This document shows, one piece after another, positions 22,304 to 32,800 of a DNA stretch of 41,347 nt. Positions within the stretch are counted from its first letter, which is position 1, and every line of letters begins with the position of its first letter. The notes below the pieces were generated by a model. That model had not been told where the DNA came from and did not search any database. It was given only the letters and a program-made list of their open reading frames with translations. The translations under genes and the position numbers were made by a program. Source of the stretch: a virus; IMG/VR virus record IMGVR_UViG_3300045988_100004, positions 1 to 41,347 of that record, one strand, 5' to 3'.

Positions 22304-23797
22304 ATGGAATACAGCCAGCAGGAACTGTCCGCATTGGCGAACCGACTGGCCGATAAGATCCAGTTCCGTCGACCCAGCATCGGCACCCACACCGATTACG
22401 TCTTGGGCAAACGCGGCAAGCTGAAGTTTGCGTCCAAGGAATTCAAACGCTACATGAGCGACCGGTTCTCCGACTTCTCCGACAACTGGTGCCTCCCCGT
22501 GGCGCAGGCCCCAGTGGAACGCATCAAGTTCAAGGGTTTCGTCCCTTATGATGACGTGCGGCTCGGCACCGGCATCATGAAATGCCTCGATCGCAACGAC
22601 TTTGAACGCGGACTGCAGGAAGCCGCGCTGATGATGACCACCACGGGCCGCGCGTTCGCCTTGGTCACGCAGGTCGACGGCAGGGCCCGCATCACGTTCG
22701 AGCACCCGGACAGCGCCGCAGTCATCTACGATGCGCGCACCGGCCAGCCGTCAGCCGGGTTCCTCATCCAGCAGGGCGACGACAAGGAGTACGGCACCCT
22801 CATGCTGCCCGGCTGGACGGTCAGCATGGAACGCAAGAAGATGCTCGATCTGACCGACCAGCGCGTGCCGCCCGACGTGTACGGCTGGAAGATGAATGAC
22901 CCTCAGCCCACTGGTCTGGACACGATTCCCCTGCGCGAGTTCCGCAACCAGATGCTATTGGACAATGCGCCGATCAGCGACATCGCGCACGTCGAATCGA
23001 TGCAGGACACGGTCAACGTCGTATGGGCCTACCTGCTGAACGCGTTGGACTACGCCTCACTGCCGGCACGAGTCATCCTCGGCGGAGACCCGCTCGTCGA
23101 GCCCGTCTACAACGAGGAGGGCCAGCAGGTCGGCGAGAAGCCCATCGAACTCGACAAGCAGGTGCTGGAGCGCATCTACCAGTTCACCGGCGACAACGTG
23201 AACCTGGGCGAATGGTCAAGCTCGAACCTGAACGTGTTCATCCCGGTCATCGAAAAAGCGGTGGAGCATATCGCCGCCGAAACACGCACCCCCGGCCATT
23301 ACCTGCTGACGAACGCGGAGGTTCCGGCCACCGGATACGAGGTCGCCGAAGCCGGCCTCGTATCCAAGACCATCGAACGCATCAGCTTCCTGAAATCCCC
23401 CATCCGCGACATCTGCAGCATCGCCATGCGCTACGAGAACGACGCGGATGAGGCGGACATCATCGCCGAATCCAAGGTGCAGTTCGCCACCCCGCAGTAT
23501 CGCAGCGAAACCCTGATGGCGGACGCGATGCTCAAGTACAAGCAGCTCGGCTTCCCGGTCCAATGGGTCGCGGAGCAGATGGGGCAAAGCTCGGACGAGG
23601 TGCAGCGCATCATGCGCATGCGCGCCGACGAGATGGCCGACCCCGAACTCGAATCGTTGAACCGTGCCCTGCAGATCGGAGGCGCTGATGGCGGTCGAAT
23701 CGCAGGTGCTGGCCTACAGTCAGAAACGGCTGGCGACGTTGGAGCTGGCGGCGGACAGGGCCGCACGCAGAACATGGAACAGGGTCGACGCCAATAA
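22304..23797 (+). CDS. Portal protein (497 aa)
   Basis: ORF 21701..23797 trimmed to MEYSQQELS with AGGAGGTGA SD; size, position and SPP1-gp6-like features; the last ~36 codons are low-GC3 run-on over the next gene. Confidence 0.85.
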   Translation: MEYSQQELSALANRLADKIQFRRPSIGTHTDYVLGKRGKLKFASKEFKRYMSDRFSDFSDNWCLPVAQAPVERIKFKGFVPYDDVRLGTGIMKCLDRNDFERGLQEAALMMTTTGRAFALVTQVDGRARITFEHPDSAAVIYDARTGQPSAGFLIQQGDDKEYGTLMLPGWTVSMERKKMLDLTDQRVPPDVYGWKMNDPQPTGLDTIPLREFRNQMLLDNAPISDIAHVESMQDTVNVVWAYLLNALDYASLPARVILGGDPLVEPVYNEEGQQVGEKPIELDKQVLERIYQFTGDNVNLGEWSSSNLNVFIPVIEKAVEHIAAETRTPGHYLLTNAEVPATGYEVAEAGLVSKTIERISFLKSPIRDICSIAMRYENDADEADIIAESKVQFATPQYRSETLMADAMLKYKQLGFPVQWVAEQMGQSSDEVQRIMRMRADEMADPELESLNRALQIGGADGGRIAGAGLQSETAGDVGAGGGQGRTQNMEQGRRQ

Positions 23798-24899
23798 CAT
23801 CCAGGCGTCGTGGAAGTCGATAAGCCGCGACTTCCTCGCCCTGTTCTCCACGATTCAAACCAGGTCGGCGGAGACGGCCATCGACGCGAGCGGCATGATG
23901 CTCGCCGAACAGGGCGTGTACGTCACTCCCCATGCTTTGGCCAACCCGAACGCCTTCGCGGGCTGGGCACCGTCCGGTCTCGACATCGCATCCTACTTCC
24001 AATCCCCCGTGTTCGCCGCCCTGCACGCGATACGCACCGGCAGCTCGCCGTTGGAGGCGTTGGAGTACGGGCGCAACCTGCTGGTCATGCTTACCTCTCT
24101 GGCGGTCATGGACACCGCCCGTCAGGCGGAGTCACTGGACATCACCAGCCGGCCCAAGGTCGGCTACGTGCGCGTCGAGTCCGCCACCTGCTGCGACAGG
24201 TGCATGCTGTTGGCCGGCAAGTGGTTCCGCTTCAACGAGGGGTTCCTGCGCCACCCGCACTGCCACGGCCGCCACGTGCCCTGCAGCCAGGTCATGGCCA
24301 AGCAACAGGGGTGGATCAGCGACCCCATGGAGGGTTTCAAAAGTCTCTCCCGTGAGGAGCAGGACAAGCGCTTCGGAGCGAATTACGCGCAGGCCATCCG
24401 AGACGGTGCGGACATCTACCAGGTCGTCAACTCGAAACGCGGCATGCAAAGGGTGGGCAAAGGCTATACGGCGTTGACCACCAGCGAGGGCACCACCCGA
24501 TACGGGTGGGCCAGCATGCAATACGCTCAGCAGTCCGGCCGGAGGATGAAACGCCGCCTGTCCATCGACGGCATCTACTCGCTGACCGGAGGCGACCGGG
24601 AGAAGACCATCGCCGCGTTGAAGGCCAACGGCTACTACGTGGACAACGACTGGCGCGGCAAGGTGCCCGAGATCCGCAAAAGCATGTGGCTGCACGACAA
24701 CACGTACCGGCAGGGGCGCGTCGAACTGTTGACCGCCGCCGAGAAGCGAGTGCGGACCGCGAAGCTCCGCTACGAGGCCGTATTGGAGGGGCGCAACCCC
24801 AACGACGGGCGCATGCCCCTCACCCCCGAAATCGCGGCACAGTGCGAACGCGAATACCGCCGATGGCTCACGTCCGGCGGCCAGATTTTCCAGCAATGA
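23688..24899 (+). CDS. MuF/SPP1-gp7-like minor head (morphogenesis) protein (403 aa)
   Basis: GGAGG 5 nt upstream of ATG 23688; position after portal; Cys/His cluster CCDRC...HPHCHGRH. Confidence 0.65.
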   Translation: MAVESQVLAYSQKRLATLELAADRAARRTWNRVDANNIQASWKSISRDFLALFSTIQTRSAETAIDASGMMLAEQGVYVTPHALANPNAFAGWAPSGLDIASYFQSPVFAALHAIRTGSSPLEALEYGRNLLVMLTSLAVMDTARQAESLDITSRPKVGYVRVESATCCDRCMLLAGKWFRFNEGFLRHPHCHGRHVPCSQVMAKQQGWISDPMEGFKSLSREEQDKRFGANYAQAIRDGADIYQVVNSKRGMQRVGKGYTALTTSEGTTRYGWASMQYAQQSGRRMKRRLSIDGIYSLTGGDREKTIAALKANGYYVDNDWRGKVPEIRKSMWLHDNTYRQGRVELLTAAEKRVRTAKLRYEAVLEGRNPNDGRMPLTPEIAAQCEREYRRWLTSGGQIFQQ

Positions 24900-24922
24900 T
24901 CCAGCGAATCGAAAGGAAGAAC

Positions 24923-25537
24923 ATGGATCCCGCAAACCAGAACCAGCAGACAGGCGACAACGAGTCCAAGAAGCCGGAGAACACCGGCGGCGAGGATTGG
25001 CAGTCGAAGTTCGAAGGACAGCGGAAAGTCAACCGCGACCTCGAAAAGAAACTGAACGAAGCCTACGCCAAGGCCGACAAGGTAGACGAACTCGAAAAGC
25101 AGATCGCCGCCCTGCAGGGCAAGGAAGCCGAATACGAAGCAGCCCGTAAGGAGCAGGCCGTCAAGGACGAGGCCCTTGCCGCCGCCAACCAGCGCATCCT
25201 CAAGGCCGAAGTCCGCGCCGCAGCCAGCGGCAAGCTCACCGACCCGGCCGACGCCCTGCGCTACCTCGACCTGTCCAAATTCACCGTCACGGATGACGGA
25301 AGCGTGGACACGCAGGCCATCGCCGACTCCATCGGCGAACTGCTGGAACAGAAACCTTATCTCGGGAAAGCCGAGCAAGCACCCTCGGGTGCGAACATCA
25401 CGCCGCCCAGCGGAACACGGGACGGCGACCGCCATCAGGGTCAGCTCACCCGAGACGACCTGAAAACCATGAGCCCCGCAGAAATCGTCAAAGCCCAACA
25501 GGACGGGCGACTGAAGGACCTGCTCGGAGCCAACTAA
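24923..25537 (+). CDS. Scaffolding protein (204 aa)
   Basis: GAAAGGAAG SD; charged coiled-coil (KVDELEKQIAALQGKEAEYEAARKEQ); immediately precedes the capsid gene. Confidence 0.75.
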   Translation: MDPANQNQQTGDNESKKPENTGGEDWQSKFEGQRKVNRDLEKKLNEAYAKADKVDELEKQIAALQGKEAEYEAARKEQAVKDEALAAANQRILKAEVRAAASGKLTDPADALRYLDLSKFTVTDDGSVDTQAIADSIGELLEQKPYLGKAEQAPSGANITPPSGTRDGDRHQGQLTRDDLKTMSPAEIVKAQQDGRLKDLLGAN

Positions 25538-25553
25538 CGGAAGGAGGCCTTAA

Positions 25554-26411
25554 ATGGCCATCACCAATTTCATTCCCGAACTCTGGAGCGCCAACATCCT
25601 GCTGGAACTCCAGAAGAACCTCGTCTACGGTTCCGCCGTGAACCGCGACTACGAGGGCGACATCGCCAACTACGGCGACACCGTGCACATCACCGGCATC
25701 GCGCACATCAGCATCGGCGACTACACGGCCCACACCGACATCACCATCGAACCGGCCACCGACAAGGACGCCGGCGAACTCGTCATCAACCAGAGCAAGT
25801 ACTTCGCGTTCGAAATCGACGACGTGGAGAAGCGCCAGGCCATGAACAACCTGACCGCCGCATATTCCCGGGACGCAGCCTACAAGCTGCGCGACCTGAC
25901 CGACCAGTACCTGGCCGGCCTGATGGCAGCAGGCGCGAAGAGCACGCTCGACCCGATTTCCGGCGCCACCGCCACCAAGGCGTACGACACCATCGTGGAT
26001 CTGGCCACCGCATTGGATAAGCAGAACGTGCCAGACGCGGGCCGTTGGGTCATCGTCAACCCGGACTTCTATGGCCTGCTACGCAAGGACACCCGTTTCG
26101 TCGCTGGCGCCGAGTCCGCTCATTCCACGCTGCTCAACGGAGTCGTCGGCGAGGCCGCGGGCATGACCATCCTCAAGTCCAACAACGCTCCCGCAGCCAA
26201 GGGCGGCTCTTCCTCGGCTCAGACCGATGAGGGCAACGTCATCATCGCTGGCACCAACGCGGCCACCACGTTCGCGGAGCAGATCGCCAAGGTCGAGGCC
26301 ACCCGCAAGGAGAAGGGCTTTGACGACATCGTCAAGGGCCTGCACCTGTACGGCGCGAAGGTCGTGCGCCCCGAAGCGCTGGCCACCGTACACTTCAAGG
26401 TGGGCAAGTGA
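25554..26411 (+). CDS. Major capsid protein (285 aa)
   Basis: GGAAGGAGG SD; MAITNFIPELWSANILLELQKNLVYGSAVNRDYEGDIANYGDTVHI is a typical major-capsid N-terminus; position. Confidence 0.85.
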   Translation: MAITNFIPELWSANILLELQKNLVYGSAVNRDYEGDIANYGDTVHITGIAHISIGDYTAHTDITIEPATDKDAGELVINQSKYFAFEIDDVEKRQAMNNLTAAYSRDAAYKLRDLTDQYLAGLMAAGAKSTLDPISGATATKAYDTIVDLATALDKQNVPDAGRWVIVNPDFYGLLRKDTRFVAGAESAHSTLLNGVVGEAAGMTILKSNNAPAAKGGSSSAQTDEGNVIIAGTNAATTFAEQIAKVEATRKEKGFDDIVKGLHLYGAKVVRPEALATVHFKVGK

Positions 26412-26478
26412 TGGCCGGCAGCTATGAGGCCATGCCCTACGCGGGCGAAGCCGAATAACCGCATAGGGGGGGTGACTC

Positions 26479-27063
26479 ATGGACACGCTGGCAACGATCA
26501 AGGACCTTGATTCCTACGGCATCGAATACGCGGACGAAAAGCTCGCGGACAAGCTGCTCGAATCGGTTTCCGCCGCGGTGCGCGACGCCGCAGGCTGCCC
26601 CATCACACGCGGCGAATACACGGTGACCATCCCCGGCGAGACCTCACGCAGGCTCGACCTGCCCATGCGCCCCGTGATTTCCGTGAACCGCGTGCTCGTG
26701 GACGGTGAGGAGACCGGGGATTGGAAGCTGCTCGGCAACGCCCTGTACAGGGAAAGCCTGTGGAGCCTGCCGAACATGGTTCCCCGTTCCGTCGCCGTCA
26801 CCATGCTCGCCGGCTACGATCCGGTTCCTCCGGACATCGTGCGCCTCGTGTGCAGCATGGTCTCAGCCGGACTCGTCCAGCAGTCGAACGGCGGCCCCGG
26901 CGCTCACCGCGACGAATCGTACGCGCGAATCGATGACGTGCAGATCGGCTACCGTCAGGGCGACTCCGAGATCATCGACGCGCTCGAACTGCCGGAGGGT
27001 ACGAAACGTGCTCTCCGCAACAGGTTCGGTTTGCGTGGCGTCGCCATAGGGGTGTTCCGATGA
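26479..27063 (+). CDS. Head-tail connector/adaptor protein (194 aa)
   Basis: Synteny (first gene after the capsid), ATGA coupling downstream. Confidence 0.6.
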   Translation: MDTLATIKDLDSYGIEYADEKLADKLLESVSAAVRDAAGCPITRGEYTVTIPGETSRRLDLPMRPVISVNRVLVDGEETGDWKLLGNALYRESLWSLPNMVPRSVAVTMLAGYDPVPPDIVRLVCSMVSAGLVQQSNGGPGAHRDESYARIDDVQIGYRQGDSEIIDALELPEGTKRALRNRFGLRGVAIGVFR

Positions 27064-27482
27064 ACGTGCAGCACATCCTCAATCGAGGCCGACAGCTCGC
27101 CGAATCGTTGATGACCGACCAATGCCGCGTCACGCGCATGGGCAAACCGGCCACCGACCCCGAAACGGGACTGGTGGAACCGGCTGCGAAGACCGTGTAT
27201 GAGGGCCGTTGCAAGGTGCAGACCTCCGGCGGCTTGGCCGCCGAGAACACGGAGGGCGGCATCGTCGAAGCCCTCGGCGCTGTCACCCCCGTGTGGAGCA
27301 TGTACATGCACTTCCCCTACGGCACCACGGGATTGTTGCCGGGCGACGTGTGCGAGATAACCGAAGCCAATGACCCGAACCTCAGGGGCAGGAAGCTCCG
27401 GTTGTTGAACATGCAGTCCGAGAAGTCGCATGCGACCGCATGCCGGTGGAACGTGAAGGAGGTGGGCAACAGCAATGAGTGA
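27060..27482 (+). CDS. Head closure / head-tail joining protein (140 aa)
   Basis: Synteny and size. Confidence 0.55.
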   Translation: MNVQHILNRGRQLAESLMTDQCRVTRMGKPATDPETGLVEPAAKTVYEGRCKVQTSGGLAAENTEGGIVEALGAVTPVWSMYMHFPYGTTGLLPGDVCEITEANDPNLRGRKLRLLNMQSEKSHATACRWNVKEVGNSNE

Positions 27483-27873
27483 CGTGACAATCGACGCTTC
27501 GGAGCTGACCGCGTTCGGCCGTAGGGTCGCCGCCGCGCATGCCATGGCTTCGGCCAAGGTCGCGCAGGCGGTGAAAAAAGGTGCGCAGAACGTCAAGGAA
27601 GGCATCATCTCCGACCTGCAGACATCATCGAACCACGCGATCAGCCGTATCGGCATCGGCTACGAGCTGGGCAGCACCGGCACCACCATCTACGCGGACG
27701 TGAGCCCGCGCGACGGCGGAGCTTCCGATCTGGCCAACATCGCGTTCTTCGGCACCGCGAAAGGTGGCGGAACCCACTGGTTCTACCAGTTCGCCGAACA
27801 GGAGCTTCCCACGCTCGCCGAATACGTGGGCGACGCGGCCGACGACATGCTGATAGGAGCCATCGGATTATGA
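27475..27873 (+). CDS. HK97-gp10-like neck/tail completion protein (132 aa)
   Basis: Synteny; MSDVTIDASELTAFGRRV... pattern. Confidence 0.55.
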   Translation: MSDVTIDASELTAFGRRVAAAHAMASAKVAQAVKKGAQNVKEGIISDLQTSSNHAISRIGIGYELGSTGTTIYADVSPRDGGASDLANIAFFGTAKGGGTHWFYQFAEQELPTLAEYVGDAADDMLIGAIGL

Positions 27874-28286
27874 GCGTCATGGACCTGACCAATGCGGTGC
27901 TCGACCTGCTGCCCTCCATGCCGTCCGGCGTGAAGGTCTACCGGCAGGAGGAGCCGTTGGAGTCGGAGATGCCGCCGTGGATCATCGCGCGCGTCTCCAC
28001 CGACCGTCACCTGTCCACGGAGTCGATGCGGTTCGCCGCCCACTCCGCGCTCCTGGAGGTTCGCGCCGTCAGCACCACCGTCGACAGCGTGAACATCTGG
28101 TGTGACGACATGCTGATTCCCGCGTTGGCGAACCGCTCCCCCACCCGGCCGCCGGGCTACACGGTCGGCCAGCTCACCCTGTACGAGGATTCCGGCGCGT
28201 ATGCGGCCGGATTGACCGCCGATGACACCGCGCGCCGCTACCAGGTGCGCGTCTTGAGGTTCCGCTTCACGTGGAGTCGACCATAA
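27870..28286 (+). CDS. Tail terminator-like protein (138 aa)
   Basis: Synteny (last gene before the major tail gene). Confidence 0.5.
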   Translation: MSVMDLTNAVLDLLPSMPSGVKVYRQEEPLESEMPPWIIARVSTDRHLSTESMRFAAHSALLEVRAVSTTVDSVNIWCDDMLIPALANRSPTRPPGYTVGQLTLYEDSGAYAAGLTADDTARRYQVRVLRFRFTWSRP

Positions 28287-28358
28287 TCAACCAATCATTT
28301 ACCAAAAGTCTTCAACGCCATCCCATACGGGACGGCTTTTTGTTTTAAGGAGCACATC

Positions 28359-28886
28359 GTGACCATGAAACTGGGTACAGAGATTCCCGGCACCAGCGCC
28401 GAGGGCAACATCACCACACTATGGGTGCCGATGATCAAGGACATCAAGGCCCCCACCATGGTCGAGCTGGAAGCCGGCACCGACATCTCGAACTACGTCA
28501 TGCTCGGCGGCTGGAGCTTCGACCCGTCGCAGGACACCGTATCCGACCAGCGCGAGAACACCGTGCAGGACTTCGGGGCCCCCGGCCGCAAGAGCGCCGG
28601 CGACATCAGCCTCGAGGTCATCGACAACACGAACACGGAGCACGAGGCCCAGAACGAGGCCGTCACACTCATGCACGAGGGTGCCTCCGGCTATATCGTG
28701 CGTCGTCGCGGCATGGCCACCGACGCGCCATTGGCCTCCGGTCAGAAGCTCACCGTCGTGAGCGTGAAGTGCGGCGAGAAGAAGGTCATCAACCCGGATG
28801 CGAACACCATGATCCGCAGCCAGATCCCGTTGTTCGCCCAGGCTCCCGGCTGGGAGTCCGAGACCGCCGTGCTGACCGCAGCCTGA
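28359..28886 (+). CDS. Major tail protein (175 aa)
   Basis: AAGGAG SD, GTG 28359 (ATG 28365 alternative); position before the chaperone/TMP genes; followed by a terminator-like hairpin. Confidence 0.75.
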   Translation: MTMKLGTEIPGTSAEGNITTLWVPMIKDIKAPTMVELEAGTDISNYVMLGGWSFDPSQDTVSDQRENTVQDFGAPGRKSAGDISLEVIDNTNTEHEAQNEAVTLMHEGASGYIVRRRGMATDAPLASGQKLTVVSVKCGEKKVINPDANTMIRSQIPLFAQAPGWESETAVLTAA

Positions 28887-28894
28887 CAGTTCTT

Positions 28895-28948
28895 CCGTGC
28901 GGGGGCTCTAAGCCTTTCTGGCCCCGCACGGTCATTCTCTCTTCTCTC
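28895..28948 (+). terminator. Stem-loop plus T/C-rich tail after the major tail gene
   Basis: CCGTGCGGGG(28895-28904)/CCCCGCACGG(28922-28931), then TCATTCTCTCTTCTCTC. Confidence 0.5.
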
Positions 28949-28984
28949 GCAGAAAGGTTTTCAGATTTGCAGAAAGGAATAATC

Positions 28985-29479
28985 ATGGCTTTGGAAGTGA
29001 AGCGCAAGCGCGTGGACGTCGACCTCATATTGGATCAGGAGAAGGCCGAACAGGTCGCCGCATTGGGAGCCGACTTGGAGCGCGCCATGGCGCAGCATGT
29101 GACCGAGGGCGGCAACGCCGCCGCCAAACGCATCGCCGAACAGATCGACAGGCTGCGCGGCGAGGTGAAGGACGACACCGTCCGCATCACCTTGGAGGCG
29201 CTGCCGCTCTCCCAGTGGCGTCAGGTGCTCGAGGCGAACACCGTCACCGAGAACGGCATGCCGAAGCAGCGCATCGAGGACATCTGCGCCGACGCCATCA
29301 AACTCATGGTCAGGAAGACCATGCCGGAAACCCCGGTGGATGAGCTGGCCAACGTCATGACCGAACTGTCCGACGGGCAGATTAGCCCGGTCTGGTACGC
29401 GATCCGTGATCTGAATGCGAAGCTCATCGACCCAAAAGACGCACTCGAATCAGCCTCGCGGATAATCCGCAGACGGTAA
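28985..29479 (+). CDS. Tail assembly chaperone, G-like product (164 aa)
   Basis: ORF 28421..29479 trimmed to MALEVKRKR with a GAAAGGAA SD; between the major tail and tape measure genes. Confidence 0.8.
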   Translation: MALEVKRKRVDVDLILDQEKAEQVAALGADLERAMAQHVTEGGNAAAKRIAEQIDRLRGEVKDDTVRITLEALPLSQWRQVLEANTVTENGMPKQRIEDICADAIKLMVRKTMPETPVDELANVMTELSDGQISPVWYAIRDLNAKLIDPKDALESASRIIRRR

Positions 29480-29847
29480 GGGAACTGCGAATCTGCCAGA
29501 AGCTCGGCATCAGCTACAAACGGTGGCTCGGCTGGGAACCGTCGTATCGAGTGGAAAGGGACGGGCATAAGCGCATCACAGGCTACACGCCGGAAACCGA
29601 ATGGGATGCGACCGAACGCGAATGGATGCTCGCGCTCGACGAATACGAGCGCACGCTGTGCCCGCGCTGCGGTATGCCCGTCAGCATATGCCACGACGAG
29701 CTAGCCCCCACCAAATACGCGAGCGATGTCGGCGTCTGCCAGATCGACCTGATGCGCCGCATCGGACTCGAAGAATACCGCAAGGACCATTCCACGGAAT
29801 CCGCCACGAAACTTGACTCACTGACCGTGGGCATCAACCCACGATGA
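28985..29847 (+). CDS. Tail assembly chaperone, G-T-like -1 frameshift fusion product (~287 aa)
   Basis: The -1 frame is open from 29410 to 29847; slippery C CCA AAA at 29431-29437 in the zero frame; downstream frame encodes ...ELRICQKLGISYKRWLGWEP... Confidence 0.65.
29431..29437 (+). promoter_or_regulatory. Candidate -1 programmed ribosomal frameshift heptamer CCCAAAA
   Basis: X XXY YYZ pattern in the correct phase (gac cca aaa gac), 40 nt before the G stop. Confidence 0.6.
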
Positions 29848-29866
29848 TCCGACAGGAGGATATGCC

Positions 29867-32800
29867 ATGGCCGGTGGCCTGAACCGCAACATCATCGTCC
29901 GCCTGCTCGCGGACACCAGCAATTTCACCGCCGGCATGGCCAAGGTGTCCGGCGAAAGCCAGAAGACCGCGACCACCATGGAAGCCGCCGGAGGCAAATC
30001 GAAGCTCATCACCACCGGCATAGCGGCGGCCGGTGTCGCCGCCACCGCACTGGGCGTGGCTGCCATCAAGATGGCAGCGGATTTCGACGCCAGCATGTCA
30101 ACGGTGCAGGCCAACACCGGAGCCAGCGCCGACGAGATGAATCAGCTTCGTCAGGCTGCCATCGACGCCGGAGCCGACACCATATACTCGGCCACCGAAT
30201 CCGCCGACGCCATCAACGAACTCGGCAAAGCCGGCCTCAGCACGTCGGATATTCTCTCCGGCGGTTTGAGCGGCGCGTTGAATCTCGCCGCGTCCGACGG
30301 CATGGCCGTCGGCGACGCCGCCGAACTCATGGCCACCACCCTCAAGCAGTTCAATTTGACGGGTGCTCAATCCTCCCAGGTGGCCGACGCGCTGGCAGCC
30401 GGCGCAGGCAAGGCCGTGGGCTCCGCCCATGACCTCGGCCTCGCGTTGAATCAGGCCGGCATGGTGTCCCATTCGTTCGGCATCAGCATGCAGGAGACCA
30501 CCGGCACGCTCGCCGCATTCGCCGACAGCGGCATGATCGGCTCGGATGCCGGCACATCGCTGAAGACCATGCTCATCAGCCTCGCCAACCCGAGCACGAA
30601 GGCCACGAACCTCATGAAGGAACTCGGCATCAACGCCTACGACGCGCAAGGTAACTTCATCGGCCTGAGCGGCTTGGCGGGCGTGCTCAAGGACAAGCTG
30701 AGCGGACTGTCCCAGGAGCAGCGTAATCAGGCGTTGGCCACGATCTTCGGCACCGACGCCATCCGAGCCGCGAACGTGCTCTACGAGCAGGGCGCGGAAG
30801 GCATCGACGACTGGACGAAAGCCGTCAGCGAATCCGGATTCGCAGCCGAACAGGCCGCAGCAAAAAACAACAACCTCAAAGGCGACCTTGAGAATCTGAG
30901 TGGCTCGTTCGAATCCCTCATGATTTCTTTGGGCGAGGGAGGTCAGGGGCCGCTGCGCTCGCTCGTGCAGACACTCGACACGCTGGTTGATGGTTTTTCC
31001 TCGCTGCCAGCGCCAGTGCAGCAGTCCATCGTGCTGCTCACCGCCCTGGTCGGAGGTTTCACCGCCCTGCACTCCGTCATGGGGCCATTGAACACCAGCA
31101 GCTCGCAGACGGCACGGAACTTCGGCCTGATGCTCGACCCGTTCCAGCGAGGCATCACCGCCATGCCACTGCTCAAGGAAGGCATCATCCAACTTGGCAC
31201 CTCCATGCTTGGCACATCAACCAACGCCGGCACACTTACCAACGGACTGACACGAGGCCAGACCGCGATGAACGGCATGAAAAGCATCGGCAGCGGGCTG
31301 TTCGCCGCCTTGGGCGGACCATGGGGGATCGCGCTGACAGTCGCAGGCGCGCTGCTGGTAGGCTTCGCCCAATCCGCACAGGACGCTAAAGCCAACATCA
31401 AAGAATTCTCCAGCGCAATCGACCAGTCCGGGAATGCCGTCGAAACACTCATTAAGAAAATCGCCAGCGGCGAGGACAAAACATGGGACTTCGGAGACAA
31501 GTTCGCCACCGGCTTAGGCTCTCTTGGAGAAGCACTCGACAAAGCCGGCATCGAATACAGCACGTTCGCAAAGGCCGTCAACGGATCCAAGGAAGCGCAA
31601 AAACTGTTCAACGAACAGCTGAAAAACGCCGAAAACAACATGTCCATCATGGAGACAGACAGTATTCGGGACAGTTACGACAAGCTTTCCAATCAGGTCA
31701 GCAAAGCCAAGGAACAGGTCAGCAAAACCAACACGGAAGTTGCCAAGGCGAAGGCCAGCGGAGACGCGGCCGCCGAAGGCGTCAACAACTACGCCGACAG
31801 TGCAGACAACGCCACCACAAGCGCCGAAGACCTCTCCGACGCCATTGACGATCTGGTGAAAGGCTTCCTCAGCCTGCCGGGAGTGCAGTTGTCCGCGGAT
31901 CAGGCCGTCACCCAATTCAATCAGGGCATCCTCGACCTTAACGAGAATATCGCGAAGAACGGCCGAGTGCTCGATGACAACGGCAACGCTCTGGCGGGCT
32001 ATGAGTCCCAAGCGTATGACAGCCAGTCCGCTCTGCAGGGGCTTGCGTCCACCGCGCAGAGCACGGCGCAGAAGATCATCGAGGAAGGTCAGGCCCACGG
32101 CGACGCCGCTGCTGCTACCCAGCAGGCGGGCGATATCCTCGAACGGGCACGTCAGGCGTACATCGACAACGCGACCGCCGCCGGCATGAGCGCCGACGCG
32201 GCCGAATCCCAGGCCGACCGATACGGGTTGGCCCGTGACCAGGCGGATGTACTGCGTCAAGGCATCGAGGGGCTGAGCAATACCGCCGCCAAGGGCATCG
32301 ATCTGAAAATCAAGATCACCGATGATGCCAGCAAGGCGCTCGATGACGTGAAGTTGAAGGCCGAGAAAATCGATGACAAGACCGTGCGCATCAGCGGCGA
32401 CAACACCGACCTGATGCAGAAGATCGCGGAAGCCACCGGTGCCACCATCGACCCGAAAACCGGCAAACTCGATCTGGACAAGACCCAGTTCGACTATGCG
32501 ATGGCCATCGCCGCAGGTGCCACCATCGACCCGAAAACCGGGTTGCTGCAGGGGGACAACAGCGGCATGCTGGCCAAGGTGGCCGAAGCGAACGGCTGGA
32601 CCATCGATAAGAAAACCGGCTACATCTATGCAAACGACGATCAGGCCATCGGAGTGATCCAAGACCTAGACAATCGGCAAATCGCGGACAAGTATTTCAC
32701 GATCCATGGTAGTTATGTCGATGATTCCGGCGGCACGTATTCGTCCAGCGGTTATCGTCCGAAGGGCGCGACCGGCAACATCCCCACCAGCAAGACCGGT

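Noticed and set aside
24132-24935. Minus-strand ORF of 267 aa, with plus-strand off-frame ORFs 23810..24355 and 23932..24477
   Set aside because: These are shadows or alternative frames of the MuF-like gene. Their translations are R/P/G-rich with no motifs.
29551-29847. An independent 98-aa gene starting at ATG 29551
   Set aside because: It has no SD. The frame is open upstream to 29410 and is -1 relative to the chaperone gene, which has a phased CCCAAAA heptamer. It is interpreted as the T part of a G-T frameshift product.
30098-32662. Minus-strand ORFs 30098..31192 and 31514..32662 inside the tape measure gene
   Set aside because: These are antisense shadows of an unambiguous 1101-aa tape measure ORF.
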